Part shown: one piece after another, positions 19,801 to 28,829 of the stretch
How positions within the stretch are numbered: position 1 is the first letter of the stretch
How the letters are laid out: each line of letters begins with the position of its first letter
Origin: a virus
Virus record (IMG/VR): IMGVR_UViG_3300009873_000022
Coordinates: 607 to 64,606 of that record
Direction: 5' to 3' (one strand)
DNA length: 64,000 nt
Translations under genes and position numbers: made by a program
Notes under the pieces: generated by a model
Seen by the model: the letters and a program-made list of their open reading frames with translations, nothing else
The model's database searches: none
What the model was told of the DNA's origin: nothing

Positions 19801-19961
19801 ATGGAAAAGAGTTCACCACGGACAACCCCATCTGGGATGAGTACCGACCACCGAATCATTTCAACTGCCGCAGCATCCTTGTGCCAATCACGGCGGTGGA
19901 TGGTTGGGATGGCAAAGAGTCACCGGAACCGAGCCTCTCGCCGCAGGAGGGATTCAAATGA
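16800..19961 (+). CDS. portal protein (Mu gp29/DUF935-like) fused to an HExxH metallopeptidase-like insert and a C-terminal MuF/SPP1 gp7 head-morphogenesis domain
   Basis: The protein is 1053 aa. A central A/Q-rich coiled coil is present. The HExxH motif is VLAHEIGHAV, followed by EFMAEAF. The C-terminal MuF motif is NICEEMDGKEF...PPNHFNCRSILVPI. Confidence 0.75.
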   Translation: MAGTVPPIEEEPKEQPLDQVTTYDLSNLTWGFAGYRYNPDELASRRGLKIYQQMLTDEQVKAVVEFKLAAILSRGYQFVFDGSKLSPEKQEERSCLFQHILLKMRGSFMDALEGIASGREYGFSITEKVYGEVTYDGSPYVGINQLLTRDPSSFLFKTDAYGNLVEVKQQVTGQQEVIIDQSRMIHYVHAPKWDAIYGRSDLRAAHRSWYAKDNLVKLELMYLEKFGGGTAVAKRMTDDAPRSGTPDHVQLEFAIKNISSLRSIVLPKGVELEILYPNVTTQFREAITYHDLAIAKALLVPNLLGLSHTGQTGAFAQSQTQLQAFFWTLNTDANRLEECLNEQLFRDLGDQNWGDGDYPRFKFKKADIEHTKWIVATWKEMLNIKAVLPTEDDEKFLRELLEMPERDENSVILENPVELRKEEEAKKAQADALAAQQAQQQGQQDAVKKELADQKAASDAAQQDVKKLQSDLAALKVESTKVQPITVDIVRAEMEAALRKFGYNPDQPRDGHGRFGEGGGSDSGKDHETELYEKTGVRLRISTVKTDKDRVEAVSKATMEVVSSLAENPAIGTVLRRDGVTIEIVDGKTIMNEAHGTQSFASYNEATGTIKVAAGLNLSGTAATPSIGKFNVGTDFRTVLAHEIGHAVSRRIAVDALKADPNALVGAALYKSLGSSRIEKGVSGYAAKNAREFMAEAFAAYTHPGYSSSKGLPKEVEHVFELAGVGAGTRKFDTEVVPHGKLYGVPLTTFQRATMRVNFQTIEQKTNTFADSAVRNLAAIVAKAARRALGDDENMKSLLDDDPSDVAAIDVGQADKSKLRATYRDLLNQSWKLGANLANNELARARGSEFVNATAKFASLLDKASQYFDTQAFRMAGDTSDQVRKTIQQELQNGIKQGKPLTDVRVNIWNRLVTKGMTSQSAVKDVEDDDAVNEALDLLWADSEAGAVAYLNTLVRTNTFEALNEARYAQFTDPELGDFVVALRYAAVLDSSTTNICEEMDGKEFTTDNPIWDEYRPPNHFNCRSILVPITAVDGWDGKESPEPSLSPQEGFK

Positions 19962-20353
19962 ATCGTAGGCAAGTACTGAAGTGGGCAGTTGCCGGCATCG
20001 TAGTCGCCGCGTCTGTTCCATATGTAGTGTATGGAAATGATCCGTACCTTGAGCTCGTTGATGCCAAGGGAAAGGTCGTTGCGCGAGTGTATGCGCGTGA
20101 CCCATCAGTGTATGCGGACCTGAGTGATGCACTCCATGGAACTGAATCAACGCACCTTGAGTTCATTTTCGAGTACGAAAACACGAATGGCAATCCTGTC
20201 AATCTGCGAAAGGCGGTATGGCGCAATTTGCCACATGATCTGGCCAAAGCACTGAAGCCGGAGCACGAGCTTGACACGCGTGGCCTCGTACTGTACCTCT
20301 ATGACAGGCTTCATCTGACGATACCTGTTGACGTAAGGAGCACGATTGTATGA
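19958..20353 (+). CDS. hypothetical protein with an N-terminal hydrophobic segment
   Basis: ATGA overlaps the portal stop. The N-terminus is MNRRQVLKWAVAGIVVAASVPYVV. Confidence 0.45.
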   Translation: MNRRQVLKWAVAGIVVAASVPYVVYGNDPYLELVDAKGKVVARVYARDPSVYADLSDALHGTESTHLEFIFEYENTNGNPVNLRKAVWRNLPHDLAKALKPEHELDTRGLVLYLYDRLHLTIPVDVRSTIV

Positions 20354-20679
20354 GCAGGACACTGGTAAGCGGAGCTCCCGTGCCTGAAGACGGCAGTCAC
20401 CGCGAGCTCAAGGAAAATGGGCAACAGAAAGACTATGTCGTGTTGTCTGCCGAGGAACGTGCGAAAGGATTTGTCAAGCCACTCCGCATGTCTTACAAAC
20501 ATGCATGTGGAACAGTGACCACAATGAACATTGCCATTGCAGAGACATACGCGCGCGACCCTCATTTCTACAGCGGTACGTTCTGCGCTCGATGCAAACG
20601 GCATCTTCCCTTGAAAGAATTCACATGGGTTCCGGACGGAGAATCTATGGATCCCGCACTACAGACGGTGAAGTCATGA
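20350..20679 (+). CDS. hypothetical protein
   Basis: 109-aa ORF, overlap-coupled. Confidence 0.4.
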   Translation: MSRTLVSGAPVPEDGSHRELKENGQQKDYVVLSAEERAKGFVKPLRMSYKHACGTVTTMNIAIAETYARDPHFYSGTFCARCKRHLPLKEFTWVPDGESMDPALQTVKS

Positions 20680-20960
20680 GTCAACCATTCATTGCACGCG
20701 TTCAGCAGCTGATACAGCAGCGCACAGATATGGAGATCGTGCAGACTGCCATTGATGTGATACAGAAGAACGCACTCAAGTCTACGGCAGCTACACTCAC
20801 ACTCGATGAAGTGGCATGGCTGGCGGCATTCATTGGCAAGGCAAGTTCTGGGGCGCGAGATGCAATGATGAAACGTGACGTGGCGGTTGATGAGAATGGA
20901 ACACGTGTAATCAACATCACGGCTGATGATAGCGTGAAAGCAGCAGATGGAGCAGGCTAA
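20676..20960 (+). CDS. hypothetical protein
   Basis: ATG at 20676 overlaps the upstream stop. The track ORF 20505 start lies inside the previous gene. Confidence 0.4.
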   Translation: MSQPFIARVQQLIQQRTDMEIVQTAIDVIQKNALKSTAATLTLDEVAWLAAFIGKASSGARDAMMKRDVAVDENGTRVINITADDSVKAADGAG

Positions 20961-22015
20961 TGGCCAAACAAATCAAAGGCGCTGAGATATTCAGTATCGG
21001 AACATGGAATGGACTCACCTTCACCGGTGAAGATATCGACAGCATGGTTTCGAGCTTCGATGCTCTTAGTCTAGCTGGCCGCATTCCACTCAAGCTGTCA
21101 CATGACGGCCCTGATGAACGCTTTGACCCGTTGACCAAGCTGTCAATGGGATGGGTGCAAAGAGTTTGGCGCGAAGGAACGCGCCTCATGGCGGACATGG
21201 AAGTTCCAGACGGAGTCGCAAAACTTATCAAGGAAGGATTCTTGAAGTTCGTTTCTGTTGAGCTACTCAAGGATGTTCAGGCGAGCACGCGGATTATCCC
21301 GTGGGTCCTGGATGCAGTAGCTCTGCTGGGGTCCGAGCAACCTGCCCTCGGTGTCCTCAGGGACCTTACATCGATCGACATGTCTCGAAGAACTGCATTC
21401 CAGTTCCGTGAGCGTGCGACGTTCAGGCGGGAAGTGTCATTTGATGGAGATCGTAAGCATATGGCAGACGATATTGACAAGACAGGGCAGGAGCGCATCA
21501 AGGAGCTGGAGAAGCAGCTCGATGAGGCTCGTGTCAAGGCCGCTGAGCGTGACGTGTTCGAACGGAAGGCCAAGGATCTGGAAGAGAAGAGCAAAAACGA
21601 AAAGGTTTCTGCTCATCGCGCCAAGATCAAGGAGAAGTTCGATACGGCCGTCACGGAGAAGCGTATTCAGCCGAAGATCCGTGAGCGGTTCTACTCGCGG
21701 TTCGAAATCGACAGTGACGATGTACTCAAGATCGGGCTCGATACGGTCGATGAGTACATTGCGGAGAACCCGAATCCGCTGGCACCGCGCGTGAATACGT
21801 TCGGTTCCAACGGTGACACGGTTGCCGTCGGTGCTACGGCAGATGCCGAGGCACTGAACAAGGCGCGCGAGCTGGTCCGGGCCAATGGTGGCAACGTCAA
21901 TGATCCGGAAGCGCTCATTCGTGCCGGTATCCAGCTCTTCCAGAGGGACCGAAACCTCGCGGAACGCTACCGCAACCTCCCGGCGGACTTTGCCGCTGGC
22001 TCACTGGATCGATAG
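20960..22015 (+). CDS. putative prohead protease/scaffold (Mu gpI-like), with a coiled-coil C-terminal half
   Basis: The call rests on position between portal/MuF and capsid. The scaffold-like repeat is KELEKQLDEARVKAAERDVFERKAKDLEEK. Confidence 0.5.
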   Translation: MAKQIKGAEIFSIGTWNGLTFTGEDIDSMVSSFDALSLAGRIPLKLSHDGPDERFDPLTKLSMGWVQRVWREGTRLMADMEVPDGVAKLIKEGFLKFVSVELLKDVQASTRIIPWVLDAVALLGSEQPALGVLRDLTSIDMSRRTAFQFRERATFRREVSFDGDRKHMADDIDKTGQERIKELEKQLDEARVKAAERDVFERKAKDLEEKSKNEKVSAHRAKIKEKFDTAVTEKRIQPKIRERFYSRFEIDSDDVLKIGLDTVDEYIAENPNPLAPRVNTFGSNGDTVAVGATADAEALNKARELVRANGGNVNDPEALIRAGIQLFQRDRNLAERYRNLPADFAAGSLDR

Positions 22016-22027
22016 GAGGTCCACGAG

Positions 22028-22402
22028 ATGTCTACCGAAGGAAAGTATGACGTTATCAACGTCCTCGCCGCACAGGACCTGACTGTCGCGGATGCTATCT
22101 ATCACGCCGTCACGTTCGGTGGTACGATTGCCCCGAACACGTCGCGTGTCGCTGGCGTTCTGCGGTCGAAGGCGAAGAGCGGTGAGCAGGCTTCAGTGGT
22201 CTATCAAGGCTTCACCAAGGTGATGGTCGGTGCTGCGGTCAGCACGCTCGGCTATCCGCTGACGGTGACAGCCTCTGGCTGGTTCATTGCGGCGAGCTCT
22301 GGTGGTGCTACGGTCGGTCGTGCTCTTGCCACTGCGGCATCGGGCGACCTGATCCCGGCATTCGTGGACTTCATGACCATTCCGGCTTGGCCCGGCGTTT
22401 AA
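22028..22402 (+). CDS. DUF2190-like head decoration/cement protein
   Basis: 124-aa protein rich in G, A and V, lying directly upstream of the major capsid gene. Confidence 0.5.
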   Translation: MSTEGKYDVINVLAAQDLTVADAIYHAVTFGGTIAPNTSRVAGVLRSKAKSGEQASVVYQGFTKVMVGAAVSTLGYPLTVTASGWFIAASSGGATVGRALATAASGDLIPAFVDFMTIPAWPGV

Positions 22403-22417
22403 GGAGGCGACTGAAAT

Positions 22418-23398
22418 ATGGGTACTTCAACAGGTCGCGATCTCCATATCGACGGGTATCTGTCGGAGATCGCTTTGAACTATCGCCCTCAGGGCATGAT
22501 CGGTGACATGATTGCTCCGATCGTGAACGTGGACAAAGAAACGAACGTCTACCCGATCTTCAATCGTGGTGAAGCGTTCGCTATCGAAGACACGTCGCGG
22601 TCTCGCAGTCAGGAAGCAAGGCGCGTCACGCGCTCTGTTTCCAGCGCGAGCTACGTCGCCAAGAACTACGCTCTGGCGTACGACTTGCCGATTGAAGATC
22701 GTGCCAACATGGACGCTGCTCTGCAGTTCGAATTGGAAGCTGGCGCTGGCCGGTATCTGCAGGACAAGCTGTTCCTTGATTGGGACCGTCGTGTCCTTTC
22801 TCTGGTTGGATCTGCCTCGAACGTCGCTACCGGGTTCCTCACTGGTAGTTCGTGGACGGCGGCTTCCAATCCTGGTGACCCGATCAGCATGATCTGGAAG
22901 GCAATGGAGCAGCAGCAGTCGCTGACCGCTCAGAAGCCGAACAGTCTGTTGTTCGGTTGGCGCGCATGGAATGCGTTCCGTCGTAACGTGAACGCTCGTA
23001 ACTTCGTTACTGGCACGAACAACGGCGGCGGCGCAGTCACGCGTCAGAATGCACAGGCCGCGTTCGAAGTGGACCGACTGATTGTCGCGGGTGCATTCTA
23101 CAACACGACGAACGAAGCGCAGGCTGCGGCACTCAGCAACAATCCGCTCCATGATGCGGTTCTGCTGTACTACGCTCCCCTGTCTCCGAGCCGTGAAACC
23201 CCGAGCTTCATGTACAGCTTCCGCTGGACGAATCCGCTGCTCGGTGTCCCGATGGCTGTCACTCGCTACCCGTACGACGCTCGTCGTCAGGTGGAAGGTG
23301 TGCAGGTTCAGTACTATCAGGACGAGAAGATCACTGGGTCTGAATATGGCGCGCTTCTGCTCGGCGTCGGCTCGGCTCAGGCGAACGGCCTCACCTGA
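22418..23398 (+). CDS. major capsid protein
   Basis: 326-aa ORF after scaffold and decoration, with a strong RBS GGAGG. A terminator follows. Confidence 0.7.
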   Translation: MGTSTGRDLHIDGYLSEIALNYRPQGMIGDMIAPIVNVDKETNVYPIFNRGEAFAIEDTSRSRSQEARRVTRSVSSASYVAKNYALAYDLPIEDRANMDAALQFELEAGAGRYLQDKLFLDWDRRVLSLVGSASNVATGFLTGSSWTAASNPGDPISMIWKAMEQQQSLTAQKPNSLLFGWRAWNAFRRNVNARNFVTGTNNGGGAVTRQNAQAAFEVDRLIVAGAFYNTTNEAQAAALSNNPLHDAVLLYYAPLSPSRETPSFMYSFRWTNPLLGVPMAVTRYPYDARRQVEGVQVQYYQDEKITGSEYGALLLGVGSAQANGLT

Positions 23399-23447
23399 TC
23401 TGTCGAGGGTGTTGATGCCATGACGTTGACGGCGTTCACGATAGTTG

Positions 23448-23482
23448 GTTCCCCGCTTGCTGGCGTGGACGCCGTCCTTTTT
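23448..23482 (+). terminator. rho-independent terminator after the capsid gene
   Basis: The GC hairpin is GGCGTGGACGCCGTCC, followed by TTTTTTT. Confidence 0.6.
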
Positions 23483-23504
23483 TTGAGTAACATAGGAGGC
23501 TGAG

Positions 23505-23798
23505 ATGAGTACCGTGAAAAAGAAGGTAGTGAAGGAGAAGTTGGTCAAGATGCCGGACTGGTTGAATGGGATCAAGCTGGTCGGTGACGTACTCGTCATT
23601 CCGACAAGTGTATTTGATGTCAGGAAGGTGACATCACAGGATGCAGTGAGTCAGAGCACTGTGTCTGTGCATTTCGAGGTGACCAAGAAGCCCACCCTCA
23701 TTACAGGAGTGGCAAGCGGGTCTATATCACCAGAAGAAATGCGCAGGTTCGCCAGCATGCTTCCCAATACTTACGCATCTCGGCCCTTTGGTCTCTGA
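23505..23798 (+). CDS. hypothetical protein
   Basis: 97-aa ORF with RBS AGGAGG. Confidence 0.45.
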   Translation: MSTVKKKVVKEKLVKMPDWLNGIKLVGDVLVIPTSVFDVRKVTSQDAVSQSTVSVHFEVTKKPTLITGVASGSISPEEMRRFASMLPNTYASRPFGL

Positions 23799-23812
23799 TA
23801 AGGAGAAATACA

Positions 23813-26800
23813 ATGGAAATCGTCATTCACAGTCTTGGCATGCCCTTCAATGGGGAAACGATCGCGAAGCGCTCGCTCGGTGGATCTGAGTCTGCGGCAT
23901 ACTATCAGGCGGTAGAGTTGGCAAAGCGAGGGCATCGTGTCACCGTATTCAGCACAATTTCTCTGCAGGAACAGGGAGAATGGGACGGTGTTCGGTATTG
24001 CAGTGCCGGAGAAGTGACACAAGAGGCTCCGCTGGGGTCTTTGTTCACGTTCTATGCGCAGCATACTCCGCATGACGTGCTCATCATTCAGCGTCACCCA
24101 ATGGCTTTCCATTGGCGCTGGAACAGTAAGATCAACATCCTTCAATTGCATGATCTCGCATTATTCCGTAGTGCGGGAATGGTAAATCATGGAATGTGGC
24201 AGGTTGACTACGTCACGTGCGTGAGCGAATGGCACAAGAAACAGGTATCTGAGGTTTACGGACTTGATCCAGACTTCGTGTCTGTGGTTCCTAATGGTGT
24301 AGACCCAGCACTGTACGTGGCCGAAGCAGATTGGAGTGGTAAGGAAAATCTGTGGGAAAACATTCAACGTGCCGCAGAGTCTGGTGAAACATTCAATATG
24401 TTGTACCAGTCACGCCCCGAACGTGGATTGGAACACCTATTGCGTCCAGGTGGCATCATGGATCGTCTGAAGGATACCAAAGCGACTCTATGGTATTGCG
24501 GGTATGATAATACCGTACCGCAGATGGTTAACTTCTATGATCAATTGAACTCGTGGGGTGAGGCACTACCGAATGTAGTGAACATTGGAGCACTGACCAA
24601 GGCGCAACTGGCTTCCGTACAGAAAGTCAGTGACTTGCTTATCTACCCAACAGAATTCGAAGAAGTTTCGTGCATCACGGCGATGGAGGCCATGCATGCC
24701 GGACTTCCACTGCTGACCAGTGAGTGTGCGGCCCTTCCGGAAACTTGCAAAGATAGCGGAACGTTTCTGATCCCACTCAAGGATGGACAGGCAGATGAGG
24801 ACGGATTTGTCAGTGCTGTGCGCGGATTTCTGAGTGGCGCAGGGCCAAAAGACAGCAAGGAAAAGCAACTTGAAGCGGCCAAGACGCGCACGTGGGTGAA
24901 TGCAGTTGATGTGTTGGAATCAGCTATCGAGGCAGCATTCAATCGTCGTCGAGGATCGGCGGCGCGTGATCTACGTCACATGATTGACCACAGTGACGCG
25001 ATGCTGGCGCAGGACCGAGAAATGGTGTATGCACCGTCCGAACCAAATGCCATCGCAGATGCGGCAAGAAATGAACTTGTAACCAAGTATGCATTCGCAA
25101 ATTCAACGGAAGCATACAAGGAACACTATGACAAACATCAGTCTAGGTACTACGATGATCACGAGGACAAGGTCATTGGTGAGGATGTTACTGGTAGCAC
25201 TCGTTTCAGGGGCGTCGCTGGGCTGATTGCCAATGAAGCAGCTAAGAAGCCGTCATTCAGGATGCTAGATTACGGATGTGCACATGGTCACTACCTGATT
25301 CCCATCGCCAAGGCTTATCCAGGATCTCGATTCACTGGTATTGATATCAGTGAACGGGCAATAGCAGCAGCTACGAAGTGGATGGTCCGTGACAATGTTT
25401 CTAATGTCCAGCTCTATCAGGGTAATCAGGATCTACTACGGGACCTTAACCGCCTGTGTCCATTCAAGTTACCCGCTCTTGGTGAGGATGCGTGGAATGT
25501 TGATCCGACCACTGGCAATGCTGTTCGAAATGTATTGAACAGGGAATCTCAGCGTGATCTGTTCGATATCATTCTTGCGGGAGAAGTCCTAGAGCATGTC
25601 GCTGACCCGTTCATGCTGCTCAGTGCGCTTCGTGATCTGTTGAAGCCTGATGGTCTCTTGATCATCACTACTCCTACAGGAAAGTGGGAATGGACAGGGC
25701 GTAGCGAGTTCCGTAAGGCTAGAGAGCATCTGTGGCATTTCGAAAAACAGGATATCCGAGACATCTGTGGCAAGAATGATGTTCAGATTCTTTGTGCCCC
25801 GGCTTCTCACGATATAACCGGTGAGGCCCTCGGATCGTGGGTCTGGGGAGTTCGACCGGTCTATCCGTTTGGTGGCATTGACATGAGGCGCAAGTTTGAA
25901 CAGCTCGCCCCTCGTGAAACAGTTTCGGCATGTTTGATTGTCAAGGACGGTGAGTCGACACTTCGCAAGTGTCTGCTATCGTTCATTGATTATGTCGATG
26001 AAATCATTGTGGCCATTGACCCAGATACGAAGGACAATACCAATGGCGTTCTACAAGAAATCATCAAAGAGTACCCGCTAGTGCCCATCAAGTCATTGTC
26101 GGGAGTGGTAGCAATGCGTGAAGGATTCGCGGCAGCACGGAATCTTACTCTCGATCACGCATGTGGCGATTGGGTATTGTGGGTAGACGCAGACGAAGAA
26201 ATCTCACAGCCTTGGGAAATGTGGAAGTATCTGCGTCCTAGCCAGCATCGCGCGTTTGGATTCAAGCAAATTCACTATTCTGCTCGCCCTGCGCAGGTAC
26301 TGACGGAAGACTTGCCGTGCCGACTCATTCGCCGTCGTGATTCTATTCGCTTTCATGGGTTTGTCCATGAACATCCAGAGGAAAAGCAGGGTGAGGCAAT
26401 CAAGTATTCCACCATTCGCGACGACATGCAGTTCTTGCACGGTGGATACGTGGACGAGGCCACTCGCCGCGCACGGTTCCGAAGAAACTTACCTCTCCTC
26501 ATGCGCGACATCAAAGAGAATCCTGACCGCAAGATCAACAAGTTCTTGTATCTTCGTGACATAGCACAGAGTCTCGCGTTTGAACACGAGCAAACAGGTG
26601 GTGTCGTTCTTGAGACACAACCTGAGCGAGCAAAAAAGGGCACCGAAATCTGGGAGAAGATGCTAGAGGATGAGAACAGTCCCACCAGAATGCTGATTGA
26701 TTCGCTTCAGTATTACTCTTTGTGTGTAGAGGTGCTAAGTGGTGGAGGAGGCATCGAAGCTGAGATATCACTTGGTTGTGCTGTTCAGGGAATCCCAAGT

Positions 26801-26914
26801 CTGGCTGCTCGCGTACAGGCAAAGGGAAGGTTCCTTACGCGAGATCATTTTTTCCGTCTGAGTAATCGTATTCAACAGGAGGCTACTAAGCACTATGAGT
26901 CAAGGTATCTTTAA
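23813..26914 (+). CDS. trifunctional glycosyltransferase (GT4/GT-B) - class I SAM methyltransferase - glycosyltransferase (GT2/GT-A) polyprotein
   Basis: The GT4 N-terminus is GGSESAAYY...GHRVTVFS. The GT4 C-terminus is EEVSCITAMEAMHAGLPLL. The methyltransferase motif I is MLDYGCAHG and the post-I motif is LLKPDGLLIIT. The GT2 domain has SACLIVKDGESTL...WVDADEEI with a DxD. Confidence 0.8.
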   Translation: MEIVIHSLGMPFNGETIAKRSLGGSESAAYYQAVELAKRGHRVTVFSTISLQEQGEWDGVRYCSAGEVTQEAPLGSLFTFYAQHTPHDVLIIQRHPMAFHWRWNSKINILQLHDLALFRSAGMVNHGMWQVDYVTCVSEWHKKQVSEVYGLDPDFVSVVPNGVDPALYVAEADWSGKENLWENIQRAAESGETFNMLYQSRPERGLEHLLRPGGIMDRLKDTKATLWYCGYDNTVPQMVNFYDQLNSWGEALPNVVNIGALTKAQLASVQKVSDLLIYPTEFEEVSCITAMEAMHAGLPLLTSECAALPETCKDSGTFLIPLKDGQADEDGFVSAVRGFLSGAGPKDSKEKQLEAAKTRTWVNAVDVLESAIEAAFNRRRGSAARDLRHMIDHSDAMLAQDREMVYAPSEPNAIADAARNELVTKYAFANSTEAYKEHYDKHQSRYYDDHEDKVIGEDVTGSTRFRGVAGLIANEAAKKPSFRMLDYGCAHGHYLIPIAKAYPGSRFTGIDISERAIAAATKWMVRDNVSNVQLYQGNQDLLRDLNRLCPFKLPALGEDAWNVDPTTGNAVRNVLNRESQRDLFDIILAGEVLEHVADPFMLLSALRDLLKPDGLLIITTPTGKWEWTGRSEFRKAREHLWHFEKQDIRDICGKNDVQILCAPASHDITGEALGSWVWGVRPVYPFGGIDMRRKFEQLAPRETVSACLIVKDGESTLRKCLLSFIDYVDEIIVAIDPDTKDNTNGVLQEIIKEYPLVPIKSLSGVVAMREGFAAARNLTLDHACGDWVLWVDADEEISQPWEMWKYLRPSQHRAFGFKQIHYSARPAQVLTEDLPCRLIRRRDSIRFHGFVHEHPEEKQGEAIKYSTIRDDMQFLHGGYVDEATRRARFRRNLPLLMRDIKENPDRKINKFLYLRDIAQSLAFEHEQTGGVVLETQPERAKKGTEIWEKMLEDENSPTRMLIDSLQYYSLCVEVLSGGGGIEAEISLGCAVQGIPSLAARVQAKGRFLTRDHFFRLSNRIQQEATKHYESRYL

Positions 26915-27452
26915 TAAGCTTCGTAAGGCAGCTGCTGAGGCACTCAGGGGCAAGGAGCCTGCTGAGTCTTCGATCCCGGTAATCGGGTTGTGGGACGTCG
27001 AGGTATTCCGTGAAGACGGTACCATTGAACGAAAGCAACTCAAGAATACCGTGACTGTCGTTGGACTGAACCGCATTGCTAATCGTGCGGTGCAGGGTAC
27101 TGGTACGTCGCCGTTCTACGTGCTCGCTATTGGCACGGCGACGGCCGCCCCTGCACTCACTGATTCACAGTCGAGCCTCGGCGAGGTTTCTCGTAAGTCT
27201 TCGACAGTGACGGGCGCTAGCGCACAGTCTCGTGAGTGGATTTTCCTCGTGGCTACATGGGGCGGGTCCGCCGATGGTATCACTTCTGTAGCACTGGCAT
27301 CTGCCGGTCTTTCCGACAATCCAAGTTCACTGGCTACGTCTGTGCTCGCTAATCGCGTGAACGGCCTCGGTGTAACGCTGGCAAACAGTGACCTTCTTTC
27401 ACTCACATGCCGAATTCGTGTTGGTTCGCACGATACGGCACACACTACCTAA
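26895..27452 (+). CDS. hypothetical protein (possible structural protein or substrate)
   Basis: 185-aa protein rich in S, T and A, lying between the glycosyltransferase polyprotein and the radical SAM gene. Confidence 0.45.
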   Translation: MSQGIFNKLRKAAAEALRGKEPAESSIPVIGLWDVEVFREDGTIERKQLKNTVTVVGLNRIANRAVQGTGTSPFYVLAIGTATAAPALTDSQSSLGEVSRKSSTVTGASAQSREWIFLVATWGGSADGITSVALASAGLSDNPSSLATSVLANRVNGLGVTLANSDLLSLTCRIRVGSHDTAHTT

Positions 27453-27462
27453 CGGAGGAACA

Positions 27463-28188
27463 GTGTTTACTCTTCGTCATATTCATCAGGTCGAGATTAC
27501 GTCGCGGTGCAATTTGCGATGCAAATACTGTGTCCATCCAAAGATGGTGCGGCCTAAGCAAGACATGAGCGAAGAGCACTTCTTATTGTCTTTGAAGTGG
27601 GCTCGGTTCTTTATGGATAGAGGAGGCCACCGAGAGCTGAATTTAGCTGGCATCGGAGAGTCGACGATGCACCCTGACTTTGTTCGCTGGTTATTCTTAG
27701 CACGAGAGCAGCTAGGAGATGACGTGAAGCTGGTACTGGCTACTAATGGGCTTCTGGTCACGGATGAACTTGCTAGGGCGATAGCTCCTGCAAGACCTCA
27801 CGTCTACGTCTCACTGCATCGCCCTGAGAAAGCAGGCCCCGCCGTGGCGGCTCTAGACAGAGTTGGAATATTAGCTGGAGTATCCAATGATCCGTCTATT
27901 GCCGCCACGGATTGGGCTGGTCAAGTCTCATATGCTGGTCTAATGACTCTACCGGGCAGACCTTGTCCGTGGGTGACGAATGGATGGGGGATTGTATTAT
28001 CTGATGGAAGGCTGACTCGCTGTTCTTTTGACGGTATTGGAGTAGGTGTGATCGGCACCATTGAGGATGATCTTGAGGAGCTGAGTACCGCTCCATACGA
28101 ACTTTGCAAGACATGCGATCAGAACGTCGGAGTTCCAGGTTTCTTTCAGCAACGTATTCACGGGGAGGAGAAAATCAATGCTGCGTAA
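27463..28188 (+). CDS. small radical SAM enzyme with a C-terminal twitch/SPASM-like Cys cluster
   Basis: The CxxxCxxC motif is SRCNLRCKYC. C-terminal cysteines lie in CPW...CSF...CKTCD. A GTG start at 27463 after GGAGGA is preferred over the track start 27388, which overlaps the upstream gene. Confidence 0.7.
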   Translation: MFTLRHIHQVEITSRCNLRCKYCVHPKMVRPKQDMSEEHFLLSLKWARFFMDRGGHRELNLAGIGESTMHPDFVRWLFLAREQLGDDVKLVLATNGLLVTDELARAIAPARPHVYVSLHRPEKAGPAVAALDRVGILAGVSNDPSIAATDWAGQVSYAGLMTLPGRPCPWVTNGWGIVLSDGRLTRCSFDGIGVGVIGTIEDDLEELSTAPYELCKTCDQNVGVPGFFQQRIHGEEKINAA

Positions 28189-28753
28189 TCTTTTGGTGTC
28201 AATGATGCTACTTCTTTGTGGAGTAGCACATGCTGGTGTAGCGAACATCTCATGGACCAATGCCACGACGAATACGGATGGTTCGCCTATCCCAACTACC
28301 TGCACGACATCGCCGTGTGGAAAGCTCGTACAGTCTGTTGTTGAGTATGGTACGTGCAATGGGACCAATGTGTTCGGTACTAAACAAGGTGAGATCACAG
28401 TGACGGCACCTGCGAACACTACTCCTGTCAATATGGTCGTAGTGCAGATGTACTGCTTCCGTGTATTTCATCGCAATGACTATACAGTAGCATCTGATAT
28501 GTCGAACGTCGGTAGCAAGGACAATGTGCCGCCGAAACCGAATGCTCCTGGTGTGATGACCATTTCAGGTCTTACAGTGTTTCAAGTGATTGGATCACCT
28601 AACAAGTTCGCACTGATTCCAGTAGGAACTGCCCCGCCAGATACGAAATGCGACGCAACTCAGTCCGTCAACGGTCGCTATGCCGTTCCTCGTGAATCAG
28701 TGTCTTGGTTTGGATCGGTACGACCGCAGGTGGTGGTCGCTGAATGTGGCTGA
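28178..28753 (+). CDS. secreted protein with a signal peptide and many N-x-S/T sequons, FN3/Ig-like
   Basis: The signal peptide is MLRNLLVSMMLLLCGVAHAG. Sequons seen are NIS, NAT, NGT and NTT. Confidence 0.5.
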   Translation: MLRNLLVSMMLLLCGVAHAGVANISWTNATTNTDGSPIPTTCTTSPCGKLVQSVVEYGTCNGTNVFGTKQGEITVTAPANTTPVNMVVVQMYCFRVFHRNDYTVASDMSNVGSKDNVPPKPNAPGVMTISGLTVFQVIGSPNKFALIPVGTAPPDTKCDATQSVNGRYAVPRESVSWFGSVRPQVVVAECG

Positions 28754-28829
28754 AAAAGCTGTGGTGGCTCCTGCTAGAGCTGCTTGGCAAAGATGGTCCT
28801 GGTACTCCTGAAAACTTTGAGGTGACGAA

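Noticed and set aside
27388-27462. Track start of the radical SAM ORF at 27388
   Set aside because: It would overlap the upstream gene by 65 nt and has no RBS. A GTG at 27463 directly after GGAGGA and after the upstream TAA is preferred.
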